Shown: one piece after another, positions 41,449-50,248 of the stretch | Position numbering within the stretch: the stretch's first letter is position 1 | How the letters are laid out: every line of letters starts with the position of its first letter | Origin: Rhizobium sp. Q54 | Lineage (GTDB): Bacteria > Pseudomonadota > Alphaproteobacteria > UBA828 | NCBI GenBank assembly: GCA_945892755.1 | Contig: CAMDDO010000004.1 | Location: forward strand, 3,099-67,098 | Reading direction: 5' to 3' | DNA: 64,000 nucleotides | The notes under the pieces: generated by a model | The model's input: the letters and a program-made list of their open reading frames with translations, nothing else | Told to the model about the DNA's origin: nothing | The model's database searches: none | Translations under genes and position numbers: made by a program

Positions 41449-42522
41449 TTGTCGCCCAGGACGTCTGAGAACAAGCCGCGCCAAGCCAGCCAATTCGGAG
41501 CGCGTCGCTTCGATGCGCCGACACCAGAGCTCGATGGCAAAACCATCCTTGTTACCGGCGGCACGGGCTCGTTCGGCAAGGCCTTTGTGCGCCATGTGCT
41601 CAGTCATCATCGGCCGCGCAAGGTGATCGTGTTCTCGCGCGATGAGTTCCGCCAATACGAGATGGCGCAGACCATCGGTACCGAGCCGGGTCCGGCGATC
41701 CGCTATTTTATCGGCGACGTGCGCGACGGCGACCGGCTCGAATTCGCCATGCGCGATGTCGATCATGTGATCCACGCCGCGGCGCTCAAACATGTGCCGA
41801 CCGCCGAGTACAATCCGTTCGAATGTATCCAGACCAATATTCACGGCGCCGAAAATGTCGTGAAGGCGGCGATCCGTACCGGCGTGACGCGCGTCGTCGC
41901 GCTTTCGACCGACAAGGCGGCAAATCCAATCAATCTCTATGGCGCAAGCAAGCTCGCCTCTGACAAGATCTTCGTTGCCGCGAACAGCCTTGCCGGGCGG
42001 AGCCCGACGCGGTTCTCGGTCGTTCGTTATGGCAATGTGCTCGGTTCGCGCGGCAGCGTGATCCCGTTCTTCGAGAAGCTCATCGCCGACGGGGCCACGG
42101 CGCTGCCGATCACCGATCCGCGCATGACGCGATTCTGGATCACGCTGAGCCAAGGCGTGCGTTTCGTGTTGTCGTCGCTCGCCATGACCAGCGGTGGCGA
42201 GATTTTTGTGCCGCGCATACCGAGCATGAAGATGGTCGATGTCGCGTCGGCGCTCGCGCCTAACCTGAAGCACGACATCATCGGCATTCGTCCGGGTGAG
42301 AAGCTCCATGAGATGATGATCGGCGAAGATGACGGACGCACCACATTGGCGCTCGATGATCGCTATGTGATCGAACCGGCCTTTTCCTATTGGACGCGCG
42401 AATCCGCCGCCAAATATGGCGGTCGCCCGGTCGAAAGCGGGTTCTGCTATGCCAGCGACAGCAATGATGAATGGCTCGGCGCCGAGGCCTTGCGCACGCT
42501 CCTGAAGGAGCCGCGCACCTGA
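41449..42522 (+). CDS. pseB: UDP-GlcNAc 4,6-dehydratase (inverting), PseB/FlaA1/CapD family
   Basis: ILVTGGTGSFGKAF, short-chain dehydratase layout with the characteristic C-terminal extension. Probable TTG start. Confidence 0.85.
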   Translation: MSPRTSENKPRQASQFGARRFDAPTPELDGKTILVTGGTGSFGKAFVRHVLSHHRPRKVIVFSRDEFRQYEMAQTIGTEPGPAIRYFIGDVRDGDRLEFAMRDVDHVIHAAALKHVPTAEYNPFECIQTNIHGAENVVKAAIRTGVTRVVALSTDKAANPINLYGASKLASDKIFVAANSLAGRSPTRFSVVRYGNVLGSRGSVIPFFEKLIADGATALPITDPRMTRFWITLSQGVRFVLSSLAMTSGGEIFVPRIPSMKMVDVASALAPNLKHDIIGIRPGEKLHEMMIGEDDGRTTLALDDRYVIEPAFSYWTRESAAKYGGRPVESGFCYASDSNDEWLGAEALRTLLKEPRT

Positions 42523-42547
42523 GCGCATCGATGTCGAAGCAACTCCA

Positions 42548-43771
42548 ATGACGTTTCTGCCCTATGGTCGCCAGCAGATCGATGACGACGATATCGCCGC
42601 CGTCACGGCGGTGCTGCGCGGCGATTGGCTCACCACCGGCCCAGCGGTCGAGGCCTTCGAGCGCGCGTTTGCTGAAAGAGTGGGCGCGCCTTATGCCGTC
42701 GCCTGCTCGAGCGGCACAGCGGCACTGCACCTTGCAATGCTCGCGCTTGGGTTCGGCCCGGGCGACATCGCGATCGTGCCCGCACTTACCTTTGTCGCGA
42801 CCGCTAATGCCGCGCGCTATGTTGGCGCAGACGTGGTCTTCGCCGATGTCGAGCCCGCGACCGGGCTGATGGGGCCGGCACATTTGAGCGACGCCATAGC
42901 GCAAGCGCACCGCATCTTTCCGACGAGTCGTGTCCGGATCGCGCTGCCCGTGCATCTGAATGGCCAAGCGTGCGACATGGCGGGCCTCGCGCGCATTGCA
43001 GATGCCGAGGGAATTGCGCTGGTCGAGGACGCTTGCCATGCCCTGGGCGGCATGGCGGGCGCTGCGCCGGAGGATCGTATTGGCGCGTGCCGACACAGCG
43101 CCATGGCCACCTTTTCGGGACATCCGGTCAAAACGATTGCGATGGGTGAAGGTGGTGTGGTGACCACGCGAGACGGGGCGATCGCCGCAAAACTACTCCG
43201 ACTGCGCGCGCATGGCATTACGCGCGAGTCGTCGCGCTTCACTGAACGGGTACAGGCCTTTGACGGCGACGGGCAGGTGAATGCCTGGTATCACGAGCAG
43301 GTCGAGCTGGGCTTCAATTATCGGGCGAGCGACCTGCATTGTGCCCTCGGCCTGAGCCAGCTCAAGAAGCTCGATCGTTTCATCGCGGCGCGTGATCGGT
43401 TGGTCGGGCACTATCGAAAAGCGCTGGCGCCTTTTGCACCTATTGTCCGACCACTCGGTCTCGCCGGTCACGGAACGCCGGCTTGGCATTTGTTCGTCGC
43501 GCTGATCAATTTCGATGCCGCCGGCATCTCACGCAACACGACGATGGCGCGACTGAAGGCCAAGGGAATTGGCACGCAGGTTCATTATTTGCCGGTCAAT
43601 CGCCAGCCTTATTACCGCGCGCGCTATGGCGTGACCACGTTGCCGGGCGCCGATGCCTATTATGCCCAAGCGCTCTCTCTGCCGCTTCATGCAGAAATGA
43701 CAGAAAACGACGTCGACCGCGTGCTCGTTGCGCTGGGCGAGATACTTGGGCAATCGGGGCGATCGACATGA
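42548..43771 (+). CDS. pseC: UDP-4-keto-6-deoxy-sugar aminotransferase (PseC/DegT family)
   Basis: DegT fold, TFSGHPVKTIAMGEGG PLP lysine region, immediately after pseB. Confidence 0.85.
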   Translation: MTFLPYGRQQIDDDDIAAVTAVLRGDWLTTGPAVEAFERAFAERVGAPYAVACSSGTAALHLAMLALGFGPGDIAIVPALTFVATANAARYVGADVVFADVEPATGLMGPAHLSDAIAQAHRIFPTSRVRIALPVHLNGQACDMAGLARIADAEGIALVEDACHALGGMAGAAPEDRIGACRHSAMATFSGHPVKTIAMGEGGVVTTRDGAIAAKLLRLRAHGITRESSRFTERVQAFDGDGQVNAWYHEQVELGFNYRASDLHCALGLSQLKKLDRFIAARDRLVGHYRKALAPFAPIVRPLGLAGHGTPAWHLFVALINFDAAGISRNTTMARLKAKGIGTQVHYLPVNRQPYYRARYGVTTLPGADAYYAQALSLPLHAEMTENDVDRVLVALGEILGQSGRST

Positions 43772-45744
43772 CGGCCGCAGACCAGAATCGGGTCGGGGCG
43801 ATTGTCGAGTCCGCCTTGGGTATGGACCACGCGATTGCCCGATTTGGCGAGGCCAATACGCTGATCTCGACAACGTCGCCGTTCGTGCTTGAGAAATGCC
43901 GAATTCTTGGGCGCCGCTGCTTCGCGATCGATGGTTCATTGCCGCAAGCCAAGGCCGATTCGATCGGTTACGCATCACTGCGCGCGACGAGCGATATCAC
44001 GGATCTCGTGGATTCCGCCGCGACAAGTGATGAGCCGCCCTTTGGTTGGGCCTTGCTGCCCCAGCTGCACCGGATGCTGACTGCCTTTCTTTACAAGGCC
44101 CATCTACTTGATCACGTGATGCGGGAGTGCGCGAATGACGGACGCTTGTGGACCGTCGGTCATTCCGAAGCGCGAGCGGTGCGCGGCTTCAACGTCATGA
44201 TCAACCGTTTCGACACGCTTTTTACAGTGCTGGGTGCACGGCGTGGCATTCCACATATCGGACTAGAAGCGCCAGAGCCGTCGGGCGCTGCTGAAACCGG
44301 CGATTTTATGCGGCCATCAATCTGGACTCGGATGGTCACTGTGATGAATGCGCCGGCGACGAGCGTGTTCTATCGGCTGTGGCGCGGGCCTCTGAAGGGT
44401 CGTGCCTTGGCGCTTGTGCCGGGGTGGAACCGTAATCCGATCGTTGTCGTGCACCGTGGCAACGAAATGATCGAAGAAATCCTACCGAGGCTTCTCTTGC
44501 GCGGCTGTGAAATTCGCCGCTTGCCGCGCTTGCATTCTACGTCCGACGAGGTTGATGCGCCCCCGACGGTCAGCCTCGAAGCCATCACGGCTCGGATTAA
44601 ACGCCGCTGTGTCGATGCCGAGTTAGGCTGGAGCGATACCCTCCAGATCGCGGCGATGCAGGCTGGGGAGCGCCTGCGCACGGCGTTGCGTCATGGTCCG
44701 AGCTTGTGGCGCTCCACCGAGGTTTGTGTCGAAGAATTGAAGCGCGACGCGCGCGGTCGGCCGCTCGGTCTTTTGACCAATGCCATGGCCAGTGGGCAAG
44801 AGCGCCTGCTGCGCCATGCGCTCGACCGACATGGTATTCAATCGTTCGTTGCAGAGCACGGCGTTGCGCCAGGTTTGAGCCCGATGCATGAAGCGCTCTA
44901 CGCCATCGACAAGGTGGCAAGCCTGCGGCGTACGCTGCTCTATACGCCGGCGCAACACCGTCTTTATGAGCGATCCATCGGCGTGGCGGAGGCGGCCAAT
45001 TGTCCGGTGGTTGGTGTGCCGCGCCTGGTTCGCAAAATCGGCATGCGGCCAATTCAGCGCGTCGCGGTGCGTGCCGCGCTCGGTGCCAAAGGTCGCCTCG
45101 CGATATGGTGCACCGCGCTTTATCCGAACAATTTTCAGTTTCTGCCGCATTATTGGCGTGACACGCCGTACCACGAAATAAGGCGTCGCGTGGTCACCGA
45201 CGTCTTTGGCAAAATTTCCGACCATGTCGTGCTCAAGCTCTACCCAACCTATCGCTATGTCGATCCTGATCCGCTTGCTGGGCTTATGACTCTACCGCCC
45301 AATTGTCGGGTCGAGCAATTCACCGATTTTCGCAATCTGCGCGCAGCGGCGGACCTGATTGTCGTCGATGGCCCCGGCAGTGTGATGGCGTGGGCGTGGA
45401 GCACGAATGTGCCGTTCATCTACCTCGAAACCGGCATGTATGGGCTCGACGCAACGGTGCGACAGGCGCTAGAACGCAGTGCCTTTGTGGTGGACGTCGC
45501 CGACCAGGATTGGGCGGACCGATTCTTGGCGTTGCTTCGGCTCGACCATAGGGCGCTGGTGGCGCGTTTCGCGGCAAAAAGCGCGGAGCGCGAGAGTTTC
45601 GCGACGGAATATGCGCTTGGTCCCAAGGGCGGGGCCGGCCGGCTGGGCAGTGCCTACATTCATGCGAGCTTGACGAAGCGAGAAGGACAGGGCGTGCAAA
45701 CGGTCGCGCTCAGCAACGAACCGCGCGCGGAACCGCGGTCATGA
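43768..45744 (+). CDS. large (658-aa) uncharacterised protein, possibly TagF/Capsule_synth-like transferase
   Basis: C-terminal LKLYPTYRYVD...IVVDGPGSVMAWAWSTNVPFIYLETG resembles the LYAPTWR region of CDP-glycerol glycerophosphotransferase-like GT-B enzymes. Weak. Confidence 0.4.
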   Translation: MTAADQNRVGAIVESALGMDHAIARFGEANTLISTTSPFVLEKCRILGRRCFAIDGSLPQAKADSIGYASLRATSDITDLVDSAATSDEPPFGWALLPQLHRMLTAFLYKAHLLDHVMRECANDGRLWTVGHSEARAVRGFNVMINRFDTLFTVLGARRGIPHIGLEAPEPSGAAETGDFMRPSIWTRMVTVMNAPATSVFYRLWRGPLKGRALALVPGWNRNPIVVVHRGNEMIEEILPRLLLRGCEIRRLPRLHSTSDEVDAPPTVSLEAITARIKRRCVDAELGWSDTLQIAAMQAGERLRTALRHGPSLWRSTEVCVEELKRDARGRPLGLLTNAMASGQERLLRHALDRHGIQSFVAEHGVAPGLSPMHEALYAIDKVASLRRTLLYTPAQHRLYERSIGVAEAANCPVVGVPRLVRKIGMRPIQRVAVRAALGAKGRLAIWCTALYPNNFQFLPHYWRDTPYHEIRRRVVTDVFGKISDHVVLKLYPTYRYVDPDPLAGLMTLPPNCRVEQFTDFRNLRAAADLIVVDGPGSVMAWAWSTNVPFIYLETGMYGLDATVRQALERSAFVVDVADQDWADRFLALLRLDHRALVARFAAKSAERESFATEYALGPKGGAGRLGSAYIHASLTKREGQGVQTVALSNEPRAEPRS

Positions 45745-46328
45745 GCGAGAAGCTTTATGCCGAACGTCTGGTCGGCGAACGGGTCGTGCTCAAGCGCCTG
45801 CACGAAGCGGCGGTTGACGAGGCCTATTTGCGCTGGATGAACGATCCCGAGGTAACACGCTATCTCCAGGCGCGCTTCGAGCCGCGTGACATGGCGAATT
45901 TGCGCGCCTTCGTGGCGGGATTCGATCATCGCGATCGCTTTATCTTCGGCGTCCACGCCGATGACCGATTCATCGGAACCGGCACGCTCCGAGTCAATCC
46001 GAACCATCGCTTCTCGAGTATCGGCTATTTGATCGGTGAAACGGACTATTGGCGCGGCGAGATCTCGCTGGATGTCTGCCGCACACTGCTCGATTTCGTC
46101 TTCTTCGAACGCAATGTAAGGAAAGTGGTCGAACCGACCACCGAGAATCACGTCGCCTCGAACTTCAATTTCAAGCGCCTGGGGTTCACGCTGACCGCGC
46201 GCATTCCTGACCTATACTGGGGCGGTGACCGCTATCACGCAGCGATCTATTGGTCGATGGCGATTGAGGAATGGGCGCGGCTGCGTGGTCGCGGAGTTCC
46301 AACGATACCCCATCCGGCCGTGGCATGA
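45741..46328 (+). CDS. GNAT-family acetyltransferase (RimL/PseH-like)
   Basis: GNAT fold, paralogous to 40859..41398. Confidence 0.7.
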   Translation: MSEKLYAERLVGERVVLKRLHEAAVDEAYLRWMNDPEVTRYLQARFEPRDMANLRAFVAGFDHRDRFIFGVHADDRFIGTGTLRVNPNHRFSSIGYLIGETDYWRGEISLDVCRTLLDFVFFERNVRKVVEPTTENHVASNFNFKRLGFTLTARIPDLYWGGDRYHAAIYWSMAIEEWARLRGRGVPTIPHPAVA

Positions 46329-47512
46329 CAGTTCTGCCAGCCCTTGGCACAAGGCGAGAGCTTGCGGTTGAGGTGACCGAAGCGCTGATCGAGCGTTTCG
46401 GTGCGCTGACCGGCGATCGCAACCCAATGCATTTCGATGATGCGTTCGCGCGTGCCCATGGCCTGCCGGGCCGGGTGGCGCACGGTATGGCCTACGTGTC
46501 TTTTCTTTCAACCCTCGTCGGAATGCATCTGCCGGGTCCGGGTGCGTTGTGGGCGTCGCAGACCTTACGATTTCTGAAACCGGTGCGTCCTGGCGACCGA
46601 GTCGTACTTAGTGGCGTCGTGACGCGACGCTCCGAGCGAACCGGCGCGCTGGCGATCGAGATCACGGGCGTCGATCAAGGCGGCATAGCTGTATTCTCCG
46701 GTGAAGCGGAGGTGCTGGTACCGACGGCCGCAGCGGCACCGACCATGACCGAGAGCAACGCGGCTGCGAAGGATCGAAGCGACCCGCGCGCGGCCTATGT
46801 CTTCGGCGCCTCGGGCGCGCTTGGCAGCGCCATCGCGACGCGGCTCGCGCGTGCCGGTCATCCGGTCGGTTTGGTTGGCCGGCGGCTTGATGTCTTGGAG
46901 CGGCTGGGCGCCGATCTGCGCGGTCCTTCCATGGCGGTTTACGGTGATTTGGCCGATGCGGCGAGTATCGGTTCCGCCGCGACCGAGCTCACCGCGCGGC
47001 TCGGGGCACCGGTCATCGTGGTGCATTGCGCGAGCGCGCCGTTACGCCGCCAAGGCATGGAGGACGTCGGTTGGGCCGATTTGGCGCCACACTTCGCCGT
47101 GCAGGCCGGTGGTCTGGTCAATCTCGTCCAAGCCTTCCAGGCCCCAATGCGTGATGCCGGCGGTGGTGTCTTTATCTATGTCGGTAGCGTCGCGACGCAT
47201 GGCACCCCGCCGGCCAAGCTCGCCGCCTATGCCGCCGCAAAGGCGGCGGGCGCCTCGCTGCTACGCTCGATGGCGCTCGAGTTCGCGCCATTCGGGATTC
47301 GCGCCAACATCGTCTCCCCAAGTTTTCTGGCGACGGACCTGAACGCGCATGTCGATGAACGCACGCGCAAGCTGGTCGCCGCCCAGACTCCGATGCGGCG
47401 CCTCGCCGCGCTCGATGAGATTGCCGCGGCGGTCGCCTTCCTCGCCGGGGCCGACGGTTCGTTCGTCAACGGCCACGACCTCGTGGTCGATGGCGGCGTG
47501 GCGATGCAATGA
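46325..47512 (+). CDS. MaoC-like (R-hydratase hot-dog) :: SDR (FabG-like reductase) fusion
   Basis: N-terminal GDRNPMHFD...VAHGM hot-dog motif. C-terminal SDR with GASGALGSAIA and a YxxxK region (AAYAAAKAA). Confidence 0.75.
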   Translation: MTVLPALGTRRELAVEVTEALIERFGALTGDRNPMHFDDAFARAHGLPGRVAHGMAYVSFLSTLVGMHLPGPGALWASQTLRFLKPVRPGDRVVLSGVVTRRSERTGALAIEITGVDQGGIAVFSGEAEVLVPTAAAAPTMTESNAAAKDRSDPRAAYVFGASGALGSAIATRLARAGHPVGLVGRRLDVLERLGADLRGPSMAVYGDLADAASIGSAATELTARLGAPVIVVHCASAPLRRQGMEDVGWADLAPHFAVQAGGLVNLVQAFQAPMRDAGGGVFIYVGSVATHGTPPAKLAAYAAAKAAGASLLRSMALEFAPFGIRANIVSPSFLATDLNAHVDERTRKLVAAQTPMRRLAALDEIAAAVAFLAGADGSFVNGHDLVVDGGVAMQ

Positions 47513-49284
47513 TTGACCCGATGGCGCTAACCGCTGCCGCGCGTTCGGCGTTTCGGAGCGAGCTGCGCCATGACGCGAGGCTGATGAGCTATCTCAAGGC
47601 GCTCAAGCGCCTGCCTGAAGCGGGCGCCGCGCGCCGGGTGCTATTCGCGTCGTCCTACAGCGTGCGACCGCTCGAGCCCTATTTGTGCGTCGAGGCGGCC
47701 CTCGCGGGCTGGCGACTTGAGCCGCGATTTGTTGAATACGGCCAATGGCAGCAGGCGCTGATTGCGGGCTCGGGTGGGGCAGAGCCCGACGCCTATGTGC
47801 TCATGCTCCACCCGGAGAGTTTGCTCGCCGCCGCCGGCAACATGGCGACGCACATTGACGCTGCTGAAACTTCGATCGCCGCCGTGTTCCGCTCCTTCCG
47901 CGCACGCTCGAGGACGCCGTTCTTTGTGCTTCATCTGCCTCCGCCTCGACCGCTCGGCGCCATTGGTTTCGGCCAAGGCGGCACGCCGCGGCGTATCGAT
48001 GCGGCGACTGAGCTCTGCCATCGGATCGCGACGCTCGCGAAGAATCTTGATGCAACCTACGTGATCGATCTCTCGGCCACGCCAAAGGTTGCCGGCGCAT
48101 GGCAAGACGATAAGGGGCTTCAGGCCTCGTTATCACCCGTAGCGAGCCATGCCGCGCCCCTGATCGCCGAGGCTATTGCTCGCTCGGTCGCACCTTTGTT
48201 CCGGCCGCGCCGCAAGATTCTGGTTGTCGACCTCGACAACACGCTTTGGGGCGGCGTTGTCGGCGAAGTCGGCAGTGAGGGCGTGAGCCTCGGCGCGGGT
48301 TGGCCCGGGGCCGCCTATTTAGCGTTTCAGCGGATCATCCGTGAGCTCGGGGAAAGTGGCGTCTTGCTGGCGCTTAACAGCAAGAACAATGAATCCGATG
48401 CGCGCGCGGTGTTCGAAACGCGCACCGAGATGGTCCTGCAATGGAACGATTTCGCGGCGCGCCGTGTGAATTGGTGTGATAAGGCCGAAAATCTCGCGAG
48501 TATCGCCGATGAATTGTCGCTCGGGATCGAGAGTTTTGTGTTCGCCGACGATAGCCCCGTCGAATGCGCACGAATTCGAGCAGCATTTCCCGATGTCGAG
48601 GTGATCCAATTGTCCGACGACCCGACGGGGTTGGTCGAAGCATTGTTAGGCTGTCCGGGTTTTGACATGCTGAGCGTGACCGACGAAGACCGGGGGCGCA
48701 CGGAGAGCTACCGTTCGGAATCCGAACGAAGCGCGCTGCGCCAAACGACAGGAGATTACCGCGCGTTCCTGCGCTCCCTGTCCCTGGAGATCGACATCAC
48801 ACCCTGTGACGGTAGTTCATTGGAGCGTCTGCATCAGCTTTTGCTCAAGACGAATCAGTTCCATTTCACGCTCGAGCGACCGGCCAAAACCGAACTGGGC
48901 GCGCGGGCCAATCGGCTCTTCTCGGTACGTTTGCGCGATCGCTTTGGTGACTATGGCATCATCGGCGTGCTGGAGACCGCCGTGCGGCGCGATGCGGTCG
49001 AGATCGTCAATCTCGCGCTCAGCTGTCGCGCGTTGGGGCGTCTGGTCGAGGAAACGGTACTGGCGTTCGTCGCCGAAATCGCGCGTGCGACCGGTGTTGC
49101 GGCGCTCAGCGCCAGATCGGTGGTCGGGCCGCGCAACCAGCCGGCCCTCGATTTTCTCGACAAAGCCGGCTTCCGTCCGCACGGACCGGTACTTCGGCTA
49201 CCGATCGGTCCGGACGCTCCGGCCTATCCCGCCGAGGCGATGGTAAGCCGGCCCGAGCCGGTAATCTTGGAGCGTACATGTTAG
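47509..49284 (+). CDS. FkbH-like protein (HAD-superfamily IIIC phosphatase domain)
   Basis: KILVVDLDNTLWGGVVGEVG signature of the FkbH domain (glyceryl-ACP forming enzymes). Confidence 0.75.
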   Translation: MIDPMALTAAARSAFRSELRHDARLMSYLKALKRLPEAGAARRVLFASSYSVRPLEPYLCVEAALAGWRLEPRFVEYGQWQQALIAGSGGAEPDAYVLMLHPESLLAAAGNMATHIDAAETSIAAVFRSFRARSRTPFFVLHLPPPRPLGAIGFGQGGTPRRIDAATELCHRIATLAKNLDATYVIDLSATPKVAGAWQDDKGLQASLSPVASHAAPLIAEAIARSVAPLFRPRRKILVVDLDNTLWGGVVGEVGSEGVSLGAGWPGAAYLAFQRIIRELGESGVLLALNSKNNESDARAVFETRTEMVLQWNDFAARRVNWCDKAENLASIADELSLGIESFVFADDSPVECARIRAAFPDVEVIQLSDDPTGLVEALLGCPGFDMLSVTDEDRGRTESYRSESERSALRQTTGDYRAFLRSLSLEIDITPCDGSSLERLHQLLLKTNQFHFTLERPAKTELGARANRLFSVRLRDRFGDYGIIGVLETAVRRDAVEIVNLALSCRALGRLVEETVLAFVAEIARATGVAALSARSVVGPRNQPALDFLDKAGFRPHGPVLRLPIGPDAPAYPAEAMVSRPEPVILERTC

Positions 49285-49553
49285 TGGCACCTCCGCGGGA
49301 AGAAGTACGGCGAACTCTCGTCGATATATTCGTCACGGTTCTCGGCCTTCCGGAATCCGCAATCAGGGACGGGCTCTCGCCGGACAATTGCACGACGTGG
49401 GATTCGCTCCGCCATATCCAGCTGTGCACTGCGATCGATCAAAGCTTCGGCATTGCGCTCGATATCGCGCAGCAGGTCGAGATGCTGAATTTCGGCTTGG
49501 CGCTCGATACGGTGCTCCGCGCGCTGGAGCCGGCCGGTCCGAGGGAAAGGTGA
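49278..49553 (+). CDS. acyl carrier protein
   Basis: 91 aa, acidic, with DSL phosphopantetheine attachment motif (WDSLRHIQL). Confidence 0.65.
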   Translation: MLVAPPREEVRRTLVDIFVTVLGLPESAIRDGLSPDNCTTWDSLRHIQLCTAIDQSFGIALDIAQQVEMLNFGLALDTVLRALEPAGPRER

Positions 49554-49557
49554 TCGC

Positions 49558-50232
49558 ATGAGGCAGAGCGCCAACGCCGATGAGTTGATGTGGCGGATCT
49601 TCAATCAGTTCCACTATCACTGCGACACGCACAGATTCCAAAAGCTTCTGGCGCGCGCCGAGATGGTGCGACGTGTCGCCGACGTGCCGGGTGACATCGT
49701 CGATTGCGGCACGTTCAAGGGCATCAGCACGATCCAGTTCGCCCACTTTCTCGAGATTTATCGGCCGCATGGCCTCGCCAAAGTGGTCAGCTTCGATACC
49801 TTCGAAGCAATGTTCCCGCGCGTGCGCGCTGACGAAACGAAGAGCGCCAAGGAGCACATGGACAAGCTCTACGAAGAGCGTGCGCTCGATCAAATCACCG
49901 AGGCCGTTGGGCGGCTCAGCCTCGGCCATCGCGTCGAGATCATCAAGGGCGATATCGTCGAGACCCTGCCGGCATTCCTGGCCGACAAGCCGGGTTTCCG
50001 CATCAGCCTCCTGCATTGCGATCTCGACGTCTATGAGGCGACCAAGACGGTGCTCAAACTGGCCTGGCCGCGCGTCTCGCGCGGCGGTGTCGTGTTGTTC
50101 GACGAATATGCCGTGCGCAATTGGGGCGAATCGGACGCGGCGGACGAGTTCCTCGCCACGCTGCCCAATCCGCCGCGGCTGCGCACGCTCGACCGCACGC
50201 CGACCCCGACCGCCTATCTGATCAAGGAATAG
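49558..50232 (+). CDS. class I SAM-dependent O-methyltransferase (TylF/MycF macrocin-O-MT-like)
   Basis: GDIVDCGTFKGIST glycine motif and GGVVLFDEY acidic motif. Confidence 0.7.
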   Translation: MRQSANADELMWRIFNQFHYHCDTHRFQKLLARAEMVRRVADVPGDIVDCGTFKGISTIQFAHFLEIYRPHGLAKVVSFDTFEAMFPRVRADETKSAKEHMDKLYEERALDQITEAVGRLSLGHRVEIIKGDIVETLPAFLADKPGFRISLLHCDLDVYEATKTVLKLAWPRVSRGGVVLFDEYAVRNWGESDAADEFLATLPNPPRLRTLDRTPTPTAYLIKE

Positions 50233-50248
50233 AGGTCGAACGCCAGCG

